NCBI GenBank assembly: GCA_045637205.1
Contig: JAZTYY010000070.1
Span: 1-58,754, forward strand
Direction: 5' to 3'
DNA length: 58,754 nucleotides
Source of the DNA: Eubacteriales bacterium
GTDB taxonomy: Bacteria > Bacillota > Clostridia > Oscillospirales > CAG-272
How positions within the stretch are numbered: the stretch's first letter is position 1; the number at the start of each line of letters is the position of its first letter. Below the pieces are notes generated by a model. The model had not been told where the DNA came from, did no database searches, and saw nothing but the letters and a program-made list of their open reading frames with translations. The position numbers and the translations under genes were made by a program. Positions 36,108-44,860 of the stretch are shown here, one piece after another.

Positions 36108-37775
36108 ATGTTAAATCTCAAAAAAATTCGTTCATTAGTTTCATTATTGTTGCTTGCTGCAATGCTCATCGCTACAGTATCACTTGCTTCATGTGATTTT
36201 AACTGGTTGGGCGGCAACGGCACAAGACCTACACCACCTCCTAAAAAGACCACAAGCGCTGGTGGAGGTATGGCTGATCCTGTGGCTGACCCTATTGATG
36301 ACAACTATAGAACACTCTATCAAATTTACGTAGCATCTTTTGCTGATAGCGATGGCAACGGCAAGGGTGACATTCGTGGTATTATCGAAACATTTGATTA
36401 CCTTAATGACGGTGATATGGCAAACGGTGAAGACCTTGGCGTACAGGCAATTTGGTTGACTCCCGTTTTCCACGGAAACTCAACTCATAGATACGATGCA
36501 ATTGATTTCTATAGCATCGACCCTGAATTTGGTACTGAAGAAGACCTTGTTGAACTTGCTGAGCTTTGCGAAGAAAGAAACGTTAAGCTTATTCTTGACC
36601 TTGCTCTCAATCATACATCTCCTTCACATAACTGGTTTAAGGAATCTAAGAAAGCTCATATGAATGGTGATACATCCAATAAGTACTATAGCTACTACAA
36701 TTGGAGTACATCTTCACAAACTGGTTATACTAAATTGAGTGGATATAATTTGTGGTATGAATCACGTTTTGACCCTCAGGGTGGTAGTATGCCCGACCTT
36801 AACTATGATAACCAGTCAGTAAGAAACGAAATGCTCAACGTTGCTAAATACTGGATGAATCTTGGTGTTGATGGTTTCCGTTTTGACGCGGTTAAATATA
36901 TCTATTTTGAAGATCACAACAGATCTTCTCAGTTCTATAAGTGGTACACAGACGAGCTTCGCAAATTGTACCCTGATATCTATCTTATCGGTGAATGCTG
37001 GGATACCGAAGCAAATATGCTTAAGTACTATAACTCAATGAACTGCTTTAACTTCTCAATGGCCGGCAATGGTACAATTGCATCCGTAGCAAAGGGAAGT
37101 GGTAATGTAAGTACATTTACAGGCAATATTGAAAACTTGCAAAACAAGATCAAGGGAGTTAATCCTAATGGTATGATTTCGTCCTTCCTCTCTAACCATG
37201 ACCAGGATAGAAGTGCAGGATATATCCCCAACGATAACCAAAGAAAAATGGCTGCAAGCTTGTATCTCTTTACACCCGGTACACCTGTAATTTATTACGG
37301 TGAAGAAATCGGGCTTAAGGGTTCGGGTGATTCCGCTGAGGATGCTAACCGCCGTCTTCCTATGAAGTGGGGTGACGTTTGGACTTGTGAAATTCCTAGA
37401 AATGCTACTTACAGTATTGACCTTTGGTCCGATACGGTTTATGACCAGCAAAGAGATGAAGATAGCTTGTTGATGCACTATGCAAAGGTTCTTAATATCC
37501 GTCATAGCTATCCTGCAATCGCACGTGGTACTTATAAGGCAATTTATGGTGGCAAGTCTAATTTTGGTGGATTCTTTGTTGACTATGGAAACGATGACGT
37601 AATCATTCTTCACAACACATCCGCTACTGAAACAGTAACAGTTAACCTTAAGACACTTACACACCTTTCTGGATACTCATCATTTGAGCTTCTTAATTAC
37701 GTAGGTGTAAGCGATGCAAGTGTAGAAGGAACAACTCTTGTTTTGGGTCCTCAGACCACTGTAATTTTGAAATAA
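36108..37775 (+). CDS. GH13 alpha-amylase-family glycoside hydrolase, lipoprotein
   Basis: I moved the start to the ATG at 36108 behind GAAGGAG. The lipobox is SLASC. The GH13 regions are DLALNHTS, DGFRFDAVKYI, GECW and FLSNHDQDR. Confidence 0.85.
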   Translation: MLNLKKIRSLVSLLLLAAMLIATVSLASCDFNWLGGNGTRPTPPPKKTTSAGGGMADPVADPIDDNYRTLYQIYVASFADSDGNGKGDIRGIIETFDYLNDGDMANGEDLGVQAIWLTPVFHGNSTHRYDAIDFYSIDPEFGTEEDLVELAELCEERNVKLILDLALNHTSPSHNWFKESKKAHMNGDTSNKYYSYYNWSTSSQTGYTKLSGYNLWYESRFDPQGGSMPDLNYDNQSVRNEMLNVAKYWMNLGVDGFRFDAVKYIYFEDHNRSSQFYKWYTDELRKLYPDIYLIGECWDTEANMLKYYNSMNCFNFSMAGNGTIASVAKGSGNVSTFTGNIENLQNKIKGVNPNGMISSFLSNHDQDRSAGYIPNDNQRKMAASLYLFTPGTPVIYYGEEIGLKGSGDSAEDANRRLPMKWGDVWTCEIPRNATYSIDLWSDTVYDQQRDEDSLLMHYAKVLNIRHSYPAIARGTYKAIYGGKSNFGGFFVDYGNDDVIILHNTSATETVTVNLKTLTHLSGYSSFELLNYVGVSDASVEGTTLVLGPQTTVILK

Positions 37776-37902
37776 TTTTGTAAACTAAAAATTAATATTT
37801 TGTGAACGGTATGCCAACAATTTATTTGTTGGCATATTGTTCAAAAATTATCAAAGTTATTTGGCTAAAGTGCTAAAATTATAGTATTTATATATATTAA
37901 TA

Positions 37903-37931
37903 TTGACAAATCAATCAAAAAGTATTATAAT
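37903..37931 (+). promoter_or_regulatory. sigma-A-type promoter of the ABC transporter operon
   Basis: TTGACA, a 17-nt spacer, then TATAAT. Confidence 0.55.
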
Positions 37932-37984
37932 ATTTAATGCGCTAAAAGCGTAAAAATAAAATTTTTTTAGGAGGAGAATTAGTT

Positions 37985-39247
37985 ATGAAAATGACTAAAA
38001 TCTTATCACTCGTAATGGCACTTCTTATGGTTACATTGTGTTTGGCAGCTTGTCCTCAGCCCGAACCTGAAAATCCCGGAGAAGTAGTTCATGAAATTAC
38101 ATTGTGGGTTTCTACAACATCAGGTGTTAAGGAATTCACAGAAAAGCAGGTAGAAGACTTCAAGGCTCTTCACCCTGAATACAAGTTTAACATCACTATC
38201 CAGACAGTAGGTGAAGGTGATGCAGCATCTGAAGTTCTTAAGGACGTTGCTACAGCTCCCGATATGTACTGCTTCGCACAGGACCAGATTTCTCGTCTTG
38301 TACAGGGTGGTGCTCTTGCAGCTCTTGGTTCACAGGCAGCTCAGACAGTTACAGATAACAATGACTCTGGCTCTGTAAACGCAGCTACAGTAGGCGATAA
38401 GATCTACGCTTACCCCATGACATCCGACAACGGTTACTACCTCTACTACGATTCAAGCAAGATTTCTGATGAAGAAGCAAAGACACTTGAAGGTATCGTA
38501 GCAGCTTGCCAGAGAGAAGGCGTTAAGTTCGGTTACAACTTGACAAACGCTTGGATCATGGCTGGTTTCTTCTTCTCACAGCCTGTTGGCGGTGGTACAC
38601 CTCTTTGCACATCTACATGGACATACTCTGAAGATGGTAAGAATGCAATCGCAGTTAACGATAACTTCAATTCCGCTAACGGTCTTGTAGCTATGAGAGA
38701 AATGACAGATCTTGCTAACTCTGGCGTATGGGTTGACTCTGCAGACAACTTTGCAGGCACAGGCGCTATCGTTACAGGTATCTGGAACGCAAGCGCAGCT
38801 GAAGGCGAATACGGCGACAACATGAAGGCAGTTAAGCTTCCTACATTCGTAGGTTCTGACGGTAAGACATACCAGATGGGTTCATTCTCTGGTTACAAGC
38901 TTATCGGTTGCAAGCCTCAGGAAGATGCAGCTAAGGGTAAGCTTTGCTCTGACCTTGCTCTCTATCTCACAAGTGGCGACGCTCAGCTTGAAAGATACTA
39001 TGAATTCCAGTGGGGTCCCTCTAACCTTGAAGCACAGCAGAATCAGGACGTTAAGGAAAACATTCTCCTTGCAGCTCTTCTTGAACAGAACTTATACGCA
39101 CAGCCTCAGGGTGTAATCCCCGGTGACTGGTGGACAGAAGCAGCAGCTCTTGGTACAAAGTGTAAAGAAGCTGGTTTGACAGATGCAGATCTTTTGGCAG
39201 CTCTTGCTGATTACCAGACAAAGATCGAAGGCATGCTTGTTAAATAA
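37985..39247 (+). CDS. maltodextrin/sugar ABC transporter substrate-binding lipoprotein
   Basis: The lipobox is LAAC. The fold is family-1 solute-binding-protein-like. It is the first gene of a binding protein / permease / permease / ATPase operon in a starch locus. Confidence 0.85.
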   Translation: MKMTKILSLVMALLMVTLCLAACPQPEPENPGEVVHEITLWVSTTSGVKEFTEKQVEDFKALHPEYKFNITIQTVGEGDAASEVLKDVATAPDMYCFAQDQISRLVQGGALAALGSQAAQTVTDNNDSGSVNAATVGDKIYAYPMTSDNGYYLYYDSSKISDEEAKTLEGIVAACQREGVKFGYNLTNAWIMAGFFFSQPVGGGTPLCTSTWTYSEDGKNAIAVNDNFNSANGLVAMREMTDLANSGVWVDSADNFAGTGAIVTGIWNASAAEGEYGDNMKAVKLPTFVGSDGKTYQMGSFSGYKLIGCKPQEDAAKGKLCSDLALYLTSGDAQLERYYEFQWGPSNLEAQQNQDVKENILLAALLEQNLYAQPQGVIPGDWWTEAAALGTKCKEAGLTDADLLAALADYQTKIEGMLVK

Positions 39248-39283
39248 TAACTAATAAGTAAAATATTTAGTATTTATTGGGAA

Positions 39284-39380
39284 GGGGTGGATCCCTTGTG
39301 GATTCACCCCAATCTCATAGAAAGGCATTGTTGGCCGGGATACAAGGGACTTTGTCTTGTGTATCGGTCAACAATGCCTT
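39284..39380 (+). promoter_or_regulatory. GC-rich double hairpin between the binding-protein and permease genes (possible mRNA stabiliser or attenuator)
   Basis: Hairpin 1 pairs 39284-39294 with 39300-39310 (11 bp). Hairpin 2 pairs 39322-39337 with 39365-39380 (16 bp, plus an inner extension). Neither is followed by a T-run. Confidence 0.5.
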
Positions 39381-39426
39381 GTTGAGTAAATTAAGGAGAT
39401 ATAAATTTTATCATTTATATTTGATT

Positions 39427-40995
39427 ATGGAAAGATTAAGTAGTTTAGAGTATTTAAAATTAAGCAAAGCTCAGGCTTTTTGGTACAATTTTAGACTCTT
39501 CTTTGCTCAAATTCCAGGATGGTTTAAGAAATTGTTTATCAAACTTTGGGCAACAATTAAATCATTCTTCTTTGGAATCAAAGATGGAGCTATTGATATA
39601 GTTGATACCTTTAAAAAAGGTAACTGGGCGGTTAAGCTTTCATTTATCTCATTTGGTGCTGGTAATTTGTACTACGGACAAATTTTGCGTGGTCTTTTGT
39701 TCCTTGCATTTGAGATAATATTTATTGTTTATACTTTTGTTCTTCCTACTGGTGGACTCTATTGGATGAAGAAAGTACACTGGTTTGTAAAGGGATCCGC
39801 TGTCGGTAACGTTCAGGGTGCTATGGTATATGACCCTGTATATGACGTTTATGCATGGCAGAACGGTGATGACTCTGTAAGAGTATTGCTTTACGGCTTG
39901 CTTTCTTTGTTCTTTGTAATCGCGTTCTTCGTAGTTTGGAGAATGCAGATTAAACAGTGTCGCATTAATATGGAAATTGAAGAACAGGGAAGACACATTA
40001 AAAGCGCTAAGGATGACCTTAGATCTCTTATTGATGAACAGTTCCACAAAACACTTCTCACACCCTCTTTGATAGGTATTTTGGCATTTACTGTTCTTCC
40101 CATCATTTATATGATAATCATCGCGTTCACCAACTATGATGCTGCACACGATGGACATGCAAACTTGTTCTCTTGGGTTGGTTTTGATAACTTTAACTCA
40201 ATGACTGACTTTGGTCAGGGTGGTTTGGGGCTTGCTCTTGGTGAAATGGTAGGATGGACACTTATGTGGGCATTCTTCGCAACATTTACAAACTACTTCT
40301 TTGGTTTGTTCATTGCTATCATTATCAATAAAAAGGGAATACGCTTTAAGAAGCTTTGGAGAACAATTCTCGTTATGACAATTGCTATTCCTCAGTTCGT
40401 ATCACTTATGTACGTAAGTAAGATGTTCTCTGTACAGGGCTTTATCGGAAGCTTCTTGGAAAAGGCTAACTTGATTCCTCAGGTTATGTTGGCTCAAAAC
40501 CAGCATTCACTTTGGGAGAACCCCGTTTCATCAAAGATACTTCTTGTAATTATCAACTTGTGGGTTGGTGTTCCTTACATGATGCTTTCAGCAACAGGTA
40601 TTCTTATGAATATTCCCGCTGACCTTTATGAATCCAGCCGTGTTGACGGTGCAAATTCCGTACAGCAGTTTACAAAAATTACACTTCCTTATATGTTGTT
40701 CGTAACAGGTCCTTCATTGCTTACAAGCTTTGTTGGTAACTTGAATAACTTTAACATCATCTATCTTTTGAGTGGTGGTGGTCCTGCTAACACAGAAATT
40801 GGTACCGTTGGTGGTGTACAACCCGGTCATACAGACCTTCTTATTACCTTCTTGTTCAAGGTAACAACGGGTAGTGATAGTAAGTACTATCTTTCATCTG
40901 TAGTTGGTATTTTCGTATTCGTAGTAGTAGCATTGTTGTCATTGGTTGTTTACAACATAATGCCTGCAACTAAAAATGAGGAGGACTATGCATAA
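39427..40995 (+). CDS. sugar ABC transporter permease (MalF-like, long N-terminal region)
   Basis: It is a multi-pass membrane protein with an EAA-type loop (..SSRVDGANSVQQFTKITLP..). I moved the start to the first ATG (39427). The upstream part of the track ORF covers the structured intergenic region. Confidence 0.8.
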   Translation: MERLSSLEYLKLSKAQAFWYNFRLFFAQIPGWFKKLFIKLWATIKSFFFGIKDGAIDIVDTFKKGNWAVKLSFISFGAGNLYYGQILRGLLFLAFEIIFIVYTFVLPTGGLYWMKKVHWFVKGSAVGNVQGAMVYDPVYDVYAWQNGDDSVRVLLYGLLSLFFVIAFFVVWRMQIKQCRINMEIEEQGRHIKSAKDDLRSLIDEQFHKTLLTPSLIGILAFTVLPIIYMIIIAFTNYDAAHDGHANLFSWVGFDNFNSMTDFGQGGLGLALGEMVGWTLMWAFFATFTNYFFGLFIAIIINKKGIRFKKLWRTILVMTIAIPQFVSLMYVSKMFSVQGFIGSFLEKANLIPQVMLAQNQHSLWENPVSSKILLVIINLWVGVPYMMLSATGILMNIPADLYESSRVDGANSVQQFTKITLPYMLFVTGPSLLTSFVGNLNNFNIIYLLSGGGPANTEIGTVGGVQPGHTDLLITFLFKVTTGSDSKYYLSSVVGIFVFVVVALLSLVVYNIMPATKNEEDYA

Positions 40996-41879
40996 TGGAA
41001 AATAATAATCAACAAATTCAAAAGCACGGTCTTGGTACTACTGCAACTAGAAGAATAACAAATACATTTATCTATATATTCCTCATTGTTATAAGCGTTA
41101 TTTGGCTTTTCCCCTTCGTGGGTATCGTTCTTGAGTCCTTCCGTGTTGAAAGCACAGGTCAGGTAGGTTACTTCTGGCCCAAGCAGTTCGGATTAGATAA
41201 CTACATTAGATTGTTCCAGTCCGACTTCCCGAAGTGGTTCTTGAATACAATTCTTATGGGTGTTGCAGTATCTGTTTTGCAGACATTCTTCATCCTTTCA
41301 ATGAGCTATACACTTTCTCGTCTTAGATTTACAGGAAGAAAAGCTCTTATGAACTTTATGCTCATTCTTGGTATGTTCCCTGGATTCCTTTCAATGATCC
41401 TTATTTATAAGGTGTTTGCAGACCTTGGACTTACAATGAATATGGCACCTGCCGGACTTATTATTGTATACTGCGCAAGCTCAGGTATGGGTTATTACAT
41501 TTCAAAGGGCTTCTTTGATACGATTCCCAAGAGCTTGGACGAAGCAGCTCGTGTTGACGGAGCTACTCGTTGGCAGGTATTCTACAAAGTTATTATGCCT
41601 CTTTCAAAGCCAATTATTATTTATACAATCCTTATGGGATTCATGGCACCTTGGGGTGACTATATGATGGCAAGATTCCTTATTAATAACAACGATGACG
41701 GTATGAACGTTGCTGTTGGTATGTATAAGTGGATGAATGGTAGTGGTGATAACTTATATCGAAATTATACGATGTTCTGTGCTGCCGGCGTTTGTGTAGC
41801 TGTTCCCGTAACAATAGTATTTATGTCATTGCAGAAGTACTATGTTGAAGGTGTAACAGGTGGCGCAGTTAAGGGATAA
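40995..41879 (+). CDS. sugar ABC transporter permease (MalG-like)
   Basis: The EAA loop is LDEAARVDGATRWQVFYKVIMP. The start overlaps the upstream stop (ATAATG) behind GAGGAGG. Confidence 0.88.
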   Translation: MENNNQQIQKHGLGTTATRRITNTFIYIFLIVISVIWLFPFVGIVLESFRVESTGQVGYFWPKQFGLDNYIRLFQSDFPKWFLNTILMGVAVSVLQTFFILSMSYTLSRLRFTGRKALMNFMLILGMFPGFLSMILIYKVFADLGLTMNMAPAGLIIVYCASSGMGYYISKGFFDTIPKSLDEAARVDGATRWQVFYKVIMPLSKPIIIYTILMGFMAPWGDYMMARFLINNNDDGMNVAVGMYKWMNGSGDNLYRNYTMFCAAGVCVAVPVTIVFMSLQKYYVEGVTGGAVKG

Positions 41880-41891
41880 AAGGAGAATAAT

Positions 41892-43016
41892 ATGGCAAGT
41901 GTTAAATTAACAAATGTAAAAAAGATATACGGCAAGGATACGGTTGCGGTTCAGTCCTTCAACCTTGATATTGCCGATAAAGAATTTATAGTTTTCGTTG
42001 GTCCTTCCGGTTGTGGAAAGTCAACTACACTTCGTATGATTGCAGGTCTTGAGGATATTTCCGAGGGTACTGTAGAAATCGATGGCGTAGTAGTTAACGA
42101 TCTTCAGCCTCGTGACCGTGATATTGCGATGGTTTTCCAGAACTATGCGCTTTATCCTCACCTTTCAGTATTTGAGAACATGGCGTTCTCATTGAGACTT
42201 AAGAAGGTTCCTCAGGACGAGGTTTATGCAAGAGTTACAAATGCAGCTGAAATCCTTGGTATTACTGAGTACCTTACAAGAAAGCCCAGAGCTCTTTCCG
42301 GTGGTCAGCGTCAGCGTGTTGCTATTGGACGTGCGATGGTTCGTGATTCAAAGGTATTCCTTATGGACGAACCTCTCTCAAACCTTGACGCAAAGCTTAG
42401 AAACCAGATGAGAGCTGAAATCATTCTTCTTAGAAAGAAGATTGACACAACCTTCATTTACGTAACACACGACCAGACCGAAGCTATGACTCTCGGTGAC
42501 CGTATCGTAATCATGAAGGATGGTTTCATTCAGCAGGTTGGTACACCTACACAGGTGTTCGATATGCCCCTTAACCTCTTTGTTGCTGAATTTATCGGTG
42601 CACCCAAGATGAACACATTCAAGACAAATCTTGTATGTCAGGGTGGTAAGTACTACGTAACACCTTATGGTTCAACAATCGAAGTAACAGGTGATAAGGC
42701 AGATATGCTTGCAGCTAAGAACATTGGCACAAGAGAAATCGTTCTCGGTGTACGTCCTGAGCATATCACTCTTTCTGATAAGAGCAATCCTTCTGCAATT
42801 CCTTGTACAATTCAGGTTAACGAAATGATGGGTAGTGAGCTTCACCTTCACGTTCTCGTTGAAGGCGGAGATAAGCTTATCGTTCGTATTCCTACAATTT
42901 CTCTTACAGACGCAGAACGTAACTATCTTGTTTCCGGTGCTACAATTTATGTAACATTTGAAGGCAAGGTAATGCATTTCTTCGATACTGCAACAGAAAG
43001 AAACCTTCTTGTTTAA
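41892..43016 (+). CDS. sugar ABC transporter ATP-binding protein (MsmK/MalK/UgpC type)
   Basis: The Walker A is GPSGCGKST, the signature is LSGGQRQR and the Walker B is FLMDEPLSNLD. There is a C-terminal regulatory/TOBE-like domain. Confidence 0.92.
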   Translation: MASVKLTNVKKIYGKDTVAVQSFNLDIADKEFIVFVGPSGCGKSTTLRMIAGLEDISEGTVEIDGVVVNDLQPRDRDIAMVFQNYALYPHLSVFENMAFSLRLKKVPQDEVYARVTNAAEILGITEYLTRKPRALSGGQRQRVAIGRAMVRDSKVFLMDEPLSNLDAKLRNQMRAEIILLRKKIDTTFIYVTHDQTEAMTLGDRIVIMKDGFIQQVGTPTQVFDMPLNLFVAEFIGAPKMNTFKTNLVCQGGKYYVTPYGSTIEVTGDKADMLAAKNIGTREIVLGVRPEHITLSDKSNPSAIPCTIQVNEMMGSELHLHVLVEGGDKLIVRIPTISLTDAERNYLVSGATIYVTFEGKVMHFFDTATERNLLV

Positions 43017-43033
43017 TAAGAACATAAAAATAG

Positions 43034-43066
43034 AGGCGTTATCCAAATGGATAACGCCTTTTGTTT
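43034..43066. terminator. bidirectional terminator
   Basis: The hairpin AGGCGTTATCC-AAAT-GGATAACGCCT is followed by TTTGTTT. Confidence 0.8.
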
Positions 43067-44249
43067 ATATCTTGTTTGCTTTGATGTCCTCAATGAATTT
43101 AGCCATTCTATCAAGTCCTTCGGTAATATGGTGAACAGAGTATGCATAAGAAATTCTTGCAAAGCCCTTACCACTGGCACCAAATGCTTCACCTGGAACA
43201 ATGGCAACGTGATAGCGCTTTAACAGCTCGGAACAAAATTCCTCACCGCTAAGACCAAATTGGGAAATCTTCGGGAAAATGTAGAAAGCCCCCTTGGGTT
43301 CAAAGCTTTCAATACCCATTTCAATCAATTTGTTGTATATAAGAGTTCTTCTGCGGTCATATTCAGCAGTCATATATGCTATATCATTGTCTCCATTTTT
43401 AAGTGCGGATATAGCAGCAAACTGTGAGGTCGTTGGGCTTGACATTATCTCGTATTGATGAATTTTCAACATTTGAGATGTTATGGGGGCAGGGGCACAT
43501 ACCCAACCAAGACGCCAACCTGTCATAGCAAATGCCTTTGAAAAGCCATTTACAACGATTGTGCGCTCACGCATGCCGTCAATGGAAGCTATTGAGTAGT
43601 GCTGAGAGCCGTAAGTCATTTCGGCATAGATTTCATCCGAGAGAATAATAATGTTTGTATCTCTAACTATATTTGCAATTTCTTCAAGCTCTTCCTTGGT
43701 CATTATAGCGCCCGTGGGATTGTTGGGGAAAGGAAGAACAATCATTTTTGTTTTGTCAGTAATAAGTGACTTTAATTTTTTAGGATCAATTTTGAATTCA
43801 TCTTCAAAATATGTTTCAAGAATTACAGGAGTAGCGCCCGCCATTTTTGCCAATGGTTCATAGCAAACAAAGGAGGGAGTGGGGATAATTACCTCATCTC
43901 CAATATCAAGAGTAGCTCTCATAGCTATATCAATTGCTTCAGAGCCGCCTACAGTCACAATAATTTCAGAAAGAGGGTCATAAGAAAGATTGAATCTTCT
44001 ACTCATATAGTGATCAATTTCACGGCGAAGCTCTTCAAGACCTGCGTTAGCAGTGTAGAAGGTTTTGCCTGTTTCAAGACTTTGAATACCCGCTTCGCGA
44101 ATATGCCAAGGAGTGACAAAGTCAGGCTGACCAACAGTGAGAGAGATAACATCCTTCATATCGGGCGTAATCATATCGAAATACTTACGGATGCCCGACC
44201 TAGGAATATCCACAATCCTTTTTGGTAATATTTTGTTATAATCGATCAT
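43065..44249 (-). CDS. class I/II PLP-dependent aminotransferase (AlaT/AspC-like)
   Basis: It carries PNNPTG and the Schiff-base lysine region NGFSKAFAMTGWRLGW. At 394 aa it is a typical length. Confidence 0.85.
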   Translation of the reverse strand: MIDYNKILPKRIVDIPRSGIRKYFDMITPDMKDVISLTVGQPDFVTPWHIREAGIQSLETGKTFYTANAGLEELRREIDHYMSRRFNLSYDPLSEIIVTVGGSEAIDIAMRATLDIGDEVIIPTPSFVCYEPLAKMAGATPVILETYFEDEFKIDPKKLKSLITDKTKMIVLPFPNNPTGAIMTKEELEEIANIVRDTNIIILSDEIYAEMTYGSQHYSIASIDGMRERTIVVNGFSKAFAMTGWRLGWVCAPAPITSQMLKIHQYEIMSSPTTSQFAAISALKNGDNDIAYMTAEYDRRRTLIYNKLIEMGIESFEPKGAFYIFPKISQFGLSGEEFCSELLKRYHVAIVPGEAFGASGKGFARISYAYSVHHITEGLDRMAKFIEDIKANKI

Positions 44250-44731
44250 TCGCCAAGAATCTCTCTTTCATCAACTTCGGACGCAGCACCATAGATAACA
44301 CCCTTGTCCTTATATCTTCTCAAAACAAAGTGAGTTGAAGTGCTTTGGATATGTGAAATGGGAGAGAGCTTTTCGGCAACGAAAAGAGCAACCTCACGCA
44401 AGGTTTTTGCCTGAATAACAATAGCAAAGTCAAAGCCACCTGAAATAAGATAAAGGCTTTCAACCTCGGGATAATTGTATATTTTTTCAGCAATTCTGTC
44501 AAATCCACGCTCTGGCTGAGGAGTAGTTTTGACCTCAATAATAGCAGTAACGTATTCGCGAGATGTCTTGTCCCAGTCGATAAGTGTCTTATAACCGAGA
44601 ATAACACCTTGCTTTTCATATTCAAGAATCATTTTCTTAATATCGCCAACTTCTTTTTCAAGCATTTTAGAGAGCTGCTCGGGAGTGAGAGTAGCGTCAT
44701 TTTCAAGTAATGTGAGTAATTTATTTTCCAT
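44246..44731 (-). CDS. Lrp/AsnC-family transcriptional regulator
   Basis: I moved the start to the ATG at 44729-44731 behind AAGGAG. It has an N-terminal HTH and a C-terminal RAM/ACT-like domain. Its stop overlaps the aminotransferase start by 4 nt. Confidence 0.8.
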   Translation of the reverse strand: MENKLLTLLENDATLTPEQLSKMLEKEVGDIKKMILEYEKQGVILGYKTLIDWDKTSREYVTAIIEVKTTPQPERGFDRIAEKIYNYPEVESLYLISGGFDFAIVIQAKTLREVALFVAEKLSPISHIQSTSTHFVLRRYKDKGVIYGAASEVDEREILGE

Positions 44732-44860
44732 AATAATAACTCCTTTATAAAAATTATTAATATTATAACACATTTTTGACTTTTCGTAAAGACTTTTATT
44801 ATTTTTTATTGAAAGTTTTATAAAAATATTGTATAATACTGAAAGAAGGGTGGTGAGATA

